DNA of 64,000 nucleotides from Octopus sinensis (Eukaryota): contig NC_043002.1 of NCBI RefSeq assembly GCF_006345805.1, positions 34,286,001-34,350,000 on the forward strand. Reading direction: 5' to 3'. Below are positions 52,732 through 64,000 of this stretch, piece by piece; position 1 is the stretch's first letter; every line of letters starts with the position of its first letter. The position numbers and the translations under genes were made by a program. Below the pieces are notes generated by a model, which was not told the DNA's origin, did no database searches, and was given only the letters and a program-made list of their open reading frames with translations.

Positions 52732-53060
52732 TTGTGTGTATATGTATGTATGCATGTATGTATGTATATACCAATATACATACATACAAAAAACATACAC
52801 ATACAAATCACAAATGCACACATAAACATACACATATTTACATCACATACATCCGTAAATACATATCAAGTTTTGCCTGAATGCATGTGCGTGCGAGTGT
52901 GGTTTCGGTATATATTTTAGTTAAGCTTCCATCTTTTTATATGACTGGTCACTCAAAATTTCAGGTTAAATATATAATCATGTTAATGAATTATGTAAAT
53001 ATGCCTCGGGTACTGTGCTATTTTACAATAATTGTATTCTGATACATTTATTGTAAAATG

Positions 53061-53141
<81 letters not shown>

Positions 53142-53219
53142 CATACATACATACATACATATATATATATATACATACATACATATATATATATATATAC
53201 ATACATATATACATATATA

Positions 53220-53259
<40 letters not shown>

Positions 53260-55182
53260 TACATACATGCATGCATACATATATATATACATGTGTGTAT
53301 GTATGTATATACCAATATACATACATACATATATATATATATGCCTGATGAATTTGTTTGAGGTATTTCTTAACATATGGAACAATTAGTAGCACATATA
53401 AACATGTATTGTGTCTAGTAAATAATGTATATATATATACAGGCATACATATATGCATGCATACATACATACATACATACATACATACATACATACATAC
53501 ATACATACATGCAAACATACATATTTATTCGTACATGTGTACATGTGAGCGCATGCGTGGCTGTGTGGTGAAGGGGTTTGCTTCCAAATCATGTGGCTGT
53601 GGGTCCAGTCCCACGGCACAGTACTTAGGCTAAGTGTTTTCTACTGCAGCCTTGGGTTGACCAATGCCTTGTGAGCAGATTTGATGGACACTGAAAGAAG
53701 CCGCTCGTATGGGTAAAGAATGAAATATGAGAGAGCAGAATCCTAGAATGTTCTTAAGTATTGAACCTGGAAAAGTACAGAACAAGCAGTAATTAAGCCT
53801 AAAAAACTAGAAGAGAACAAGAATAAAATTTAGAATATGAAAAATAAAATAGTAATAAAAATTCATTTACATTATTTATTTACATTATTTATATTCGACG
53901 GATATTTGTCCTCATCTTGTTTGTTGTTAACACAACGTTTCGGCTGATATACTCTCCAGCCTTCTTTGATATTATTATTATTATTATTGTTCAGGTCACT
54001 GCTTGGAATTGAACTCGGAATCTTGGTGTTAGTAGCCCACGCTCTTAACCACTACGCCATATGTACATAATTCCTCATCTCTTAAATATAGAACTGGAAA
54101 ATTCATTTATGTTTTCGTTTTTACTTATAGGTTTAAATAAAAAATACTAAAGAAGCTACCTTCAGTTTTATTGAAAAGACTAATTGCTTGCAAGTTTACA
54201 CATCGAAAATTTGATATTACGAATTTGTATGGTCAAAAAAAAAAATCACATAATAGCAATTGAAGCAAAATTGACAATTACAACCTCGAATCTAATTTTT
54301 TTTGTTTTAAGTCCTTATCGATAGGAGTAATCCAGTCGCAAATGGAAGATTTATATAGCGTGGAAGAAGCTTTTTCTGACTACGTATATCATCAGATGAG
54401 GCAGATGTTGATGCTCCAGCTAGTTCTGGTTAGCTTGTACATTCATTTGACAACAATGCGGGAATCAGAAAATACTTTTATGCTCACACCGGATGCAAAT
54501 GAAAGTTTCGGCACTTTACTGTAATGGGATTTTCTATAATGAATTTTATCGTGCGGGAGACTTAGAATTATTGTAATTTTTCTACTTAATTAAAGTAAAA
54601 TTAAACATAAAAGTTACCCAATTTAAAATAGAACAGCATAATAGCAAGGAAGACATTATATTCGAAACGGAGTGACCAGGAGATATTCTGATGAGTTGAG
54701 CAATCGGTAACACATTTAGCAAACAATGGGTGTATATGTGGTCCGAATCTTATCAATAATTTATATCTCTCAAATTGTTTTTTATATTGAAAAACTTAAC
54801 AGGTGCCGAAATCGTTGTGATTTCCAGTCGACTACTGATGAAGAAAGTTACCTCACAATACAAGATATATATATATATATACTTATTTTAAAATAGTGTA
54901 CAATTAAACACAAAAGAAAACTACCCTTTAACAGGTAATTTTTACATGCTTTAAGAAGCAGCCAACACGGCCAAAACCACGATTTAATAGCAATTTTCGA
55001 AGGAAATGAAAAATAAAAACTTTTACCTTGTTACTTTTATTTGCGGTTATGCCATGGTTTCAAATTTCTTTAGCAAATAAGATTTATCTGCCACCCTTTA
55101 ATAGGTAATTTGGCAAACAAGATTATCTGCCAGGCGAATTCTCGTCAGTAACCGGCCTCATTTGCTGGCCGAAACCTATCAG

Positions 55183-55229
<47 letters not shown>

Positions 55230-55582
55230 TATATATATATAGATATATATAACGAACGTATGTATATGCGTATATCTTTGTGTTTGTCCCCCACCATCGC
55301 TTCACAACCAGTTTTGGTTTGATTACGTCCTCGAATGTAGCGGTTTGGCCTAAGAGATCGATAGATAAGTACCACACTTAAAAATAACAAATACGGTGAT
55401 CGATTCGTTCGACTAAAATTCTTCAAGATAATTCCCCAGCACCGCCGCAGTCCAATGACAGAAGAAAGTAACAGATAATATACATACATACGTACGTACG
55501 TACACATACATACATACATACATACATACATACATACATACATGCATACATGCATGCATACATACATACATACATACATACA

Positions 55583-55614
<32 letters not shown>

Positions 55615-55615
<1 letters not shown>

Positions 55616-56901
55616 TAGGTTGTCCGGAAAGTTCGTGCCAATTTTTAAAGGAAAGAAAAGGTCAATAAATATTTGCCATTACATTTTTAATCAACCAAAT
55701 ATGAACCATTTTGTTGCACAATGCGTCTCTATCTTTCCTGTTAACTTGAAAATACCCTCTTCCTAGAATTGAGGTGGTTGCATGGCAAAGAATTCATCAT
55801 AGTATCTTTTTACGTCATCCAAGGAATTGAAATTTTTACCATTAAGACTATTCTGCAGAGACCTGAATAAGTGGAAATCCGAAGGAGCAATATCTGGTGA
55901 ATATGGAGGGTGGGGTAACACAACCCAGCTGAGCTGCAGCAATTTTTTTCTGGTTCCCAAAGAAACTTGTGATCTTGCATTATCATGTTGGAAAACAACC
56001 CCCTTCCTGTTGGCCAATTCTGGACGTTTCTCTTGAATTGCTGCTGTTAACTCGTCCAGTTGTGTGCAGTATTTCTCAGAATTAATTCTCTAGTTATTTG
56101 GGAGAAGCTCATAGTACAGAATTCCTTTCCAATCCCACCAGACACAAAGCAAGACTTTTTTAGGGTGAAGACCCGCTTTTGGGGTGGCTAAGGGTGGCTC
56201 ATGTCGTTTACTCTAGGATCGCTTTCTCTGAAAATTTCGGTAGATAATCCATTTCTTATCACCTTTCACAATTTGCTTTAAGAAAGGCGTGTTTTCATTC
56301 CGTTTATAAAGCGAATCACTGATGGAAACGCGATCCAAAAGGTTCTTTTCACTCAACACATGTGGTACCCAAACATCGTAGCGATTTATGTACTCAAGCT
56401 TTACCAGGTGCTCATGAAGGACGGATTTTGATAGGTTGAGACTTTCTGCCAATTCTCGGGTTGTGCAATGTAGGCTAATCTCAATTAATGACTTGATTTG
56501 GTCATCATCTGTAGTGGATGGTCTGCCTGATCGCTCTTTATCAATAAAGCTACAATCCCCAGCTCGGAACATTGCGAACCACTTCCGTACAGCTCTTTCG
56601 GATAAAGAAACATCACCGTAACCTGCGCATATTTCTTTGATTGCTTGTGAAGCATTTTTTTCTCTTTTGCGGAAAAAGAAAAGCTTCAAGTGCTGAAAAT
56701 GAACTTTCTTATCTTCTATTTTAAAGGGTTACAGAATTAACACAGGTTATAGGAACATAGACCTTCTTCCACGAAAAGATAGCTTAAACTGTGCTCTAAA
56801 TGAAGGTGTAGTCAAATCCTATTTTATGGACTCAACCATGTTCTAAAATAAGTCGAAAAGTAAGCTACTATAAATCGGCACAAACTTTCTGGACAACCCA
56901 A
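55615..56901 (-). mobile_element. Full-length (about 1.29 kb) mariner element with TIRs and TA target duplication; transposase disrupted
   Basis: TIRs TTAGGTTGTCCGGAAAGTTCGTGCCAATTT / AAATCGGCACAAACTTTCTGGACAACCCAA, flanked by TA. ORF pieces include HTH, WVPHVLSE, GDKKW, HDNAR and HPPYSPDIAPSDFHLFRSL. Confidence 0.95.
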
Positions 56902-56933
56902 TATATATGCATATATATATACATATATATATA

Positions 56934-57090
<157 letters not shown>

Positions 57091-57138
57091 AGATATAGAT
57101 ATATGATAGGTATTGGTATCCAAAAGACCCAAGGTGGC

Positions 57139-57198
<60 letters not shown>

Positions 57199-57398
57199 TT
57201 ATATATATACACACTTTTAAGTACTGTTGGATTTTACTCATAAAGTATTGGAATCTTACATGTATACCATTTTGCCTAAAAAATGGATCTACAAATTCAA
57301 TATCTCTACATAGCTCACATTTATTTTCTTTCCTCCACCTCACTCTCTATTTTGTATCATATCTAAATTAATTATTACTTAACTGTCCTCTCGCACCG

Positions 57399-57444
57399 TC
57401 TCCGATGAAGGGATATAATAAATATCCTGGAGACAGCTGTAAGA
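57399..57444 (+). ncRNA. Degenerate minimal HHR (Penelope type)
   Basis: TCT-CCGATGA-A-GGGATAT-AATAA-ATATCCT-G-GAGA-CAGCTG-TA-AGA. There are two core substitutions and a palindromic stem III. Confidence 0.55.
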
Positions 57445-57503
57445 CCTTCTATCTATAAATGTTCTAAAATATACTCAGCGTTGGTTTTTTATCTCAATGC
57501 GAA

Positions 57504-57617
<114 letters not shown>

Positions 57618-57621
57618 GAAA

Positions 57622-57663
<42 letters not shown>

Positions 57664-58179
57664 CACACACACATATATATATACATGGTGATGCTCTAGC
57701 ATGACCAGAGCCGCATGGCTGAAATGAATAAAAGAATACACAAACACACACACACACACAGCCATACACACTCACACACACACACGCACATACACACACA
57801 CCCACACATACACACACATACGCACGCTCACACGCAGAGTCAAAGAGAGAGTAGAGTATCAGTTTCTATTTAAGTTTCAATTTCCGATGCGAGAAAGAAA
57901 ACCGATTCTGTGTACAACGATATTGGAAATTAATACGAATGTAACAACTTGCTACGGTGTTTATTCAAGCTTCCAACGCATCCACGTCGAGATATTAAGA
58001 CTGGTTCATTGAATTGTCGTAGAAAATATCATTAACAGATGAATTTCTTATACCATAGCTGCTTGGAAAGATCGGAATCTTACCGCAAAGTGTCTGGGAT
58101 GGGTGTTTGGAGGAGGGATTTTGTTTTGTTTGTTCTTAAGTTTCTTTTTAATGGTGGCTTATATTATATTAGTAGTATG

Positions 58180-58245
<66 letters not shown>

Positions 58246-60067
58246 TTGTGTGTATGTTTGTCTATTTGTCGGCGTATGTATGTATGTGTGAAGGTGTAGT
58301 GGGAAGGGCGGTGTCTTCCATTAAAATAAACTCTCACCTTCATTTACTTCTCTTTACACAGGCGTTTTAAGAATATTGTTATTGCTATTGTAGTTGATGT
58401 TCGTCATCGGCTTCTGTTTCTTTTCTTCTTCTCCTTCTTCTTTTTCTTCTCCTCCTCCTCTTCCTTCGTCGTCTTCTACTGCTACTTGCTTATATTTATT
58501 ATTAATCCTTTCAATCGACGCCATATTGTTTGGTTGAAAGGTGAGGCCGCAAGCCGGGAGAAGTGGGTGTTGTTATTGAAAGAGGGATAACATGAAAAGT
58601 GGGAGTCAATAAGACCTTAATGGACAAATTTCGTCTTCGTTTTAAATTTTGTCTTATTTATTTCTTTCATTTTTTTCTCTCCATTCTCTTTTTTTTTCTG
58701 CCTTGTTGTGTCTCTTTCATTCCTTTCTCTTTCGTTTCTATTTAAGAGTTTCTGCTATTTCCGTTATTTACATTCTACAATCTTTGTTCTTTGACTCAAA
58801 GCCAATGCCTTGGATGTGTTTGAAGACACGTCTTCAGCTGTTAACATCTTGCTCTCACCCTCCCAACCTCTCTCCTCTTTCTCTTTCTGTCTCTTTCTCC
58901 TTTTCTCCCTTTCTGTCTACTATCTCCTAACCACACTTACACCATCACACAGAGATTTCCCGACATTGCATGATTGTGTGGTACTCCTCGTCTGGTTGTT
59001 AAGGAGGAACACGCCACAGAGCGGTAACGGTGTATTAATATACATCGTAATAAAGTGCATTGCCACAGCAATGCACTTTATATAGTACTAATTTTTTTAA
59101 GGATATAAGAAAATTTCCCACAAATAAATTCTATTAAATAAGTGGTAGTTAAGTGTGAACGGTCATAATTAATATAGAAAGTCGCAAAGATATTTAGCTG
59201 AAAAGAAAACCATTAGCATTAATGACAATTGGGTAAAGAGGGACATGGGAGGTAATTCCTAAATTAAAATTGATTAAAAAGTAGATGAATCATACACTAG
59301 TTAGTGAGTCTAATCTTTGGCCGCTACAGAGATAACAACAGACATGTTCTAACTTTATTAGACCCACTCTATAGAGCACAGTTAAACCCATAACTACCAG
59401 CGCTTTGAATGAATTTGAGAAGATAAACATTATTAAATTGATGGGACAACTTAAAATAATGACAGCAAAAACAAAAAAGGTGGAATAAAGAAGCTAAGGA
59501 GATCATGATCCTGTTAGTGATTATTAGTGTCTTGAGAACAGTGACAAATAAATTTGAGAACAAACCTTGAAAGACTTGGAAGTAAATTCAGAGAAGACAT
59601 GCTGAGCACAATTCCATGAACTGTGGGCTTACGTTTAAGAGACCTTAACCTGAAAGACCGACTTAAACTAAAATACGTTATCAGTAATATAAAAGATAGC
59701 AAATCACAATATAATCCTTTCTACTAAAGGGACAAGGCCTAAAATTTGGGAGGAAGTGTCTAGTCAATGACATCGACCCCAGTATTTCAATAATACTTAT
59801 TTTATTGACCACGAAAGGATGAAAGGCAAAGGTGACCTCAGTGGAATTTTAACTTTGAACGTAAAGACGGACGAAAAGCTGCTAAGCATTTTGCCCAGCG
59901 TGCTAACGATTCTGCTAGCTCGCTGCCTTAACGAATTACAATATAATGATATACAGTTTTATTACTCAGTTAAGCAAAATTCCTATACGCTTACATAGGA
60001 CAATTAAATATGCAGGATTATATAAACAAGGTACCGTTACAAAGGCAAAAGCTCCCGACATAGAAAA

Positions 60068-60815
60068 CAGAGTCTGCCAAAAATATGTATATACACTTTG
60101 GGGAAAGAAAATCGTGTAGAAATATTTGAATAGGAAATTTATTCAGACATCATGGGATTAATACAAGTTACCTTTAACCATTTTGCCCCACCTTTTTAGG
60201 CATGTGGACAACGCTATCAATTTACCAGAGGTCAATGTTTCGTGTGGAGTGTCATTAAAAGGTTTAATGGGACTATTTTTCTCTGAAGGTACTGTTATTG
60301 GTCAAGCGTACCTAGACATGATGCGCGTCGTCCATTTTACCTGCCATCCATGCACTTTATGGAAATGAATTGTTTTTTCAACAAGACAGTACACCGCCAT
60401 ACTACTGTCGAGACCTGTAAACTTACTTGGATGAGAATTTACAAAGACACTGGATAGGACGAAGTGCAGTTGAATTCTCTGCATGTTCTCCTAAATTAAC
60501 TAGCAAATTTTACTTATGGGTACCCTAAAGGATGCCGTGTATCACAGAAGACCAGCTAAACGACAATCCTTCGAGAAGAAACTGAAACATGTGTAGCAAT
60601 CCCAATGGACACTTTGACCAAAGTTGCCCAAGCTGCAGTTAGCCTTAATAATAAGTGTCTAGAAACTAATGACCACCATTCAGAGCATTTCTTGTAATTG
60701 TAGAGGTCAAAAGTAACTTGTATTAATCCCGTGATATCTGAATATTGTATTAAAATGTTTCTACACGTTTTTCTTTTCTTGAAGTGTGTATGCATTTTTG
60801 CTTTGCCGTACTCTG
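60068..60815 (+). mobile_element. Internally deleted Tc1-like element with ~110 bp TIRs
   Basis: Ends CAGAGTCTGCC..GGGATTAATACAAGTTAC / GTAACTTGTATTAATCCC..GCCGTACTCTG. The interior reads NLPEVNVSCGVSLKGLMGLFFSEGTV..YLDM, QQDSTPPY and WIGR. Confidence 0.8.
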
Positions 60816-61379
60816 TATATAACAAGAAAATAAATTAGAGTATGGTGAGGTATTCTGCGCAACTTTTCGCCTGTCTCATGTATGACTTGACAATTAGGAC
60901 AAAATTATGAAAACGCTTTGGACAGGCAAAGGGTTTTAATAACCCAGAAAATAACATATAACCATTCTACAGAAAATAACAAAAAGGTATACGGTATGAT
61001 CATTAAATACATCATAAACAAGGAATAAACATAGATGCACGTCGCGAATTCCTAAAACAAAATGTTCTCTTAAATTCTAAGTTAAAAAGGCATAGTATTA
61101 AGAAAAATGTTTTCTTAATGTTTACTTTTGACAACAATCTGCAAAATTTTTATAGAACCATTTTATTAATCCTTATTTCTAAATGAAGATAAACTAGTCG
61201 ATTACATCGATCCCAGTGCTTGACTGGCACTTATTTTATCGACTCCGAAAGGATGAAAGGCAAAGTCGACCACGGCGGAATTTGAACTCAGAACGTAAGG
61301 ACGGACGAAATGCCGCAAAACAGTTTACCCTGTGTACTAACTATTCTGCCTTTAAATCTATATTAAAAATAACCAGAGA

Positions 61380-61560
61380 CATGATGAATAAGATATAAAC
61401 ACACACATAAAGCCATACATTGTTAGACAACTATATATACAATCCCCCCAAATTAGTCCTGCTAGGCACGGCCCATAACCTATGCAAAATATTTTCTAAT
61501 TCAATATCACAACCTCATGTAGGTCACACCCTGCATACAATCATCAACCCATAAAATGAC
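61380..61560 (+). mobile_element. Extreme C-terminus of an R4-like LINE ORF
   Basis: KLVLLGTAHNLCKIF resembles the conserved LLGTAHILRK end of RLE-clade ORFs. Confidence 0.5.
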
Positions 61561-61571
61561 ACATCTCAGAG

Positions 61572-61640
61572 AACTTATGGTATTACTATCAAACAACTTA
61601 TGGTATTACTATCAAACAACTTATGGTATTACTATCAAAC
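61572..61640. repeat. Perfect 23 bp x 3 tandem repeat
   Basis: AACTTATGGTATTACTATCAAAC starts at 61572, 61595 and 61618. Confidence 0.95.
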
Positions 61641-62447
61641 AAAATAACGCATCTAAACAAAGAGCATCATTAGCTAACGCATCCCGACCTCTTGGCGTAC
61701 GGGGAGTTGACAACAGATGTACCTGCCGCTTCAGTAGATTAGACGTGGTTGAGTAATGACGTGATGTAACAGTCATGTGGCAATATATTAAAGGGGTGAT
61801 GTAGGCATTTGCTACTTCTTTCAGGTATTTCAAAGATATCTTCTCATCCCATTTTTGGTGGGACTGACCACCCTGCTTTTAACTTTGTCGCAGTTCCTAT
61901 CCACCTGAGATCCGAGCCAACCTAGTTCTTAATCAACTTAATATGAAATTTTTGATATGAACTATTAGATGGATGCAGTTAGTGCTTGAACCCAAACTTT
62001 CCGTTTAACACTGAGTGATACATGTGTGTATGTGTACATGTGTGTGTGTGTGTGTATGCAGGTATACATATATATGCCTATAAATATACATAGATACATA
62101 TATGTGCGTATATATGTTTATATATGCATATGCAATGTATGTCTATATGTTGATGTGAATACATATATAAACGTGTATTAACGTCTGTTTTATTACAGAT
62201 CTCTGTGTGTGTGTGTGTGTGTGTATCAATTTAGAATGATGCGCAAACTCGCAAAAACAATACATACGCATATACATACTAGATAAATACACACACACAT
62301 ATATATATATACACACACACACGCACACATATGTATATACGTACGTATGTATGTGTGTATGTATGTATGTATGTATGTATGTATGTATGTAGTACGTACG
62401 TATACAAAATACATTCATACATTCACTCAGATATATATATATATATT

Positions 62448-62526
<79 letters not shown>

Positions 62527-63611
62527 ACGAATGTCTGAGTGTATGTATGTGTGCGCGTAATTACATATTCTGGAATATGTAGATATTAAAAGGGAAGAAG
62601 AGAAAGTGATGAGAAAAAATAAAAGAGAAAGGAAAGGTGAAACTGGGATGGGGGTGGGGGTTGAGTTGTTGCAATATCCAACGTGATGATGTTTACTCGA
62701 AGGAATTCTTAGGTTGGCTCGAAACTGCGGTATTCCCAGACACCTAAATGAGTGAACTAGAGAGAGAAAGACACAGAGAGTAAGGAAGAGAAATATAGGG
62801 AAAAAGAAAGGGAGAGAGAGAGAGAGAGGAGTCGACAGTGAAAGGGTAATGGAACAAACATTGACGTCACAAAGAACTGTTCAAAAGTGTCAAAGTTAGT
62901 CAACACGTCTTTGATGTCGTCTGCCAACATCGAACCGTTACTAACGCCCTCTACACTAAGCAGTCCATTATCGCTTCAACGTCCTGCCATCTTCCTTCAC
63001 ACACTTTTCACTTCTTCCTTCTACTCACCGGTTGTAATTGCGATTTTTTTTTCTTTTTGTTGTTGTTGTTTTTGTTTCTTTTGTTGTTGTTTTTAGCAAC
63101 ACCATTAAATGTGTTTGTTTTTAAATGTTGTTGTTGCTGTTGTTTACAATTTGCATTCGATATTCGTTTGCAGATGAGAACGCCGTGTTTGAGGACGATT
63201 GTGTCTCTGTATTCCACCGTTTCCATTTGATCGAATAATCGATCTCACCGCCGGTTCAGCAACCTGACATTTTTAGACATTTTTCAACTGGTAGCAAAAC
63301 GATGCACACACGCGCGCGCGCGCACTCATGCACATACACATGCACACACACACACACACACATATATAACACCACCACCACCATCACACTCCCACACTAC
63401 GTGACACACCAGAGTACATGCACTACAAAATAAATACAGAGAAATAAATATTGCATATCCAAGATATATATATATATATATATATATTTCTTTACTACCC
63501 ACAAGGGGCTAAACATAGAGGGGGCAAACAAGGACAGACAAAGGGATTAAGTCGATTACATCGACCCCAGTGCGAAATTGGTACTTTATTTATCGACCCC
63601 GAAAGGATGAA

Positions 63612-64000
63612 AGGCCTATCTCTCTGACCTCACACATCAGCAAAGTCATGGAACGAATAGTCCGTAAGAAACTAATCATGTTCCTTGAAGAAAATGACTT
63701 GCTGTCTGACACCCAGCTTGGATTTCGACCTGGTAGAAGCTGCCTAACACAGCTCCTGCAACACTATGACTGGGTGTTGAAACAGCTACTAAATGGCTTA
63801 AATGTGGATGTAATATATCTCGACTTTGCAAAAGCCTTTGATAAGGTCGACCATGGTATGATCTGTCACAAACTGCGTGGTCTCGGCATAGGCGGAAAAC
63901 TTGGAGAGTGGCTGCACAACTTCCTAAAAGACAGAAAACAGGCAGTTGTGAGCAATGGAACCACCTCCAAGGAAACACAAATAACAAGCGGTGTCCCACA
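63612..64000 (+). mobile_element. CR1-like LINE reverse transcriptase; the frame is open to the window edge
   Basis: RPISLTSHISKVMERIV..QLGFRPGRSCLTQLL..VDVIYLDFAKAFDKVDH..WLHNFLKDRKQAV..SGVP, with no stop in about 129 codons. Confidence 0.95.

Noticed and set aside
54342-54524. 60-aa ORF MEDLYSVEEAF...
   Set aside because: It is short with no recognisable motif, and may be a decayed DNA-transposon N-terminus.
54680-54850. Two CTGATGA heptamers and a GAAATC/GATTTC hairpin
   Set aside because: No consistent three-way junction in type I, II or III order.
55140-55185. GGCC..GGCC-GAAAC hairpin with CTGACGAG on the opposite strand
   Set aside because: The two core halves are on different strands.
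61572-61640. CRISPR-like 23 bp repeats
   Set aside because: There are no spacers, the context is eukaryotic and no cas genes are present.

Overview
This is an AT-rich animal genomic window dominated by microsatellites. The SINE repertoire and repeat density suggest a coleoid cephalopod such as Octopus (inference). I find no intact host protein-coding gene, and almost all ORFs in the supplied track are translated simple repeats. Recognisable content: tRNA-derived SINEs of at least three families; R4/Dong-like and CR1-like LINE fragments; a decayed Penelope-like element (RT plus GIY-YIG); Tc1/mariner copies and MITEs; a Gypsy protease/RT fragment; two tandem duplications; a 100-N gap; and a small cluster of exon-like pieces of an unidentified (pseudo)gene at 5.3-6.4 kb. 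The most striking signal is about a dozen hammerhead-ribozyme (HHR)-like motifs, found by eye. One has a fully canonical type I core (36753-36807). That motif and a degenerate relative (15322-15366) each sit inside a 338 or 350 bp unit with terminal direct repeats, the architecture of non-LTR retrozymes that make self-cleaving circular RNAs. Other HHR-like motifs sit in both arms of long fold-back palindromes (7.1 kb, 41.4-41.9 kb) and downstream of the Penelope ORF. All motif parses are manual and untested. Repeat boundaries are approximate unless TIRs, TSDs or splice sites are quoted.
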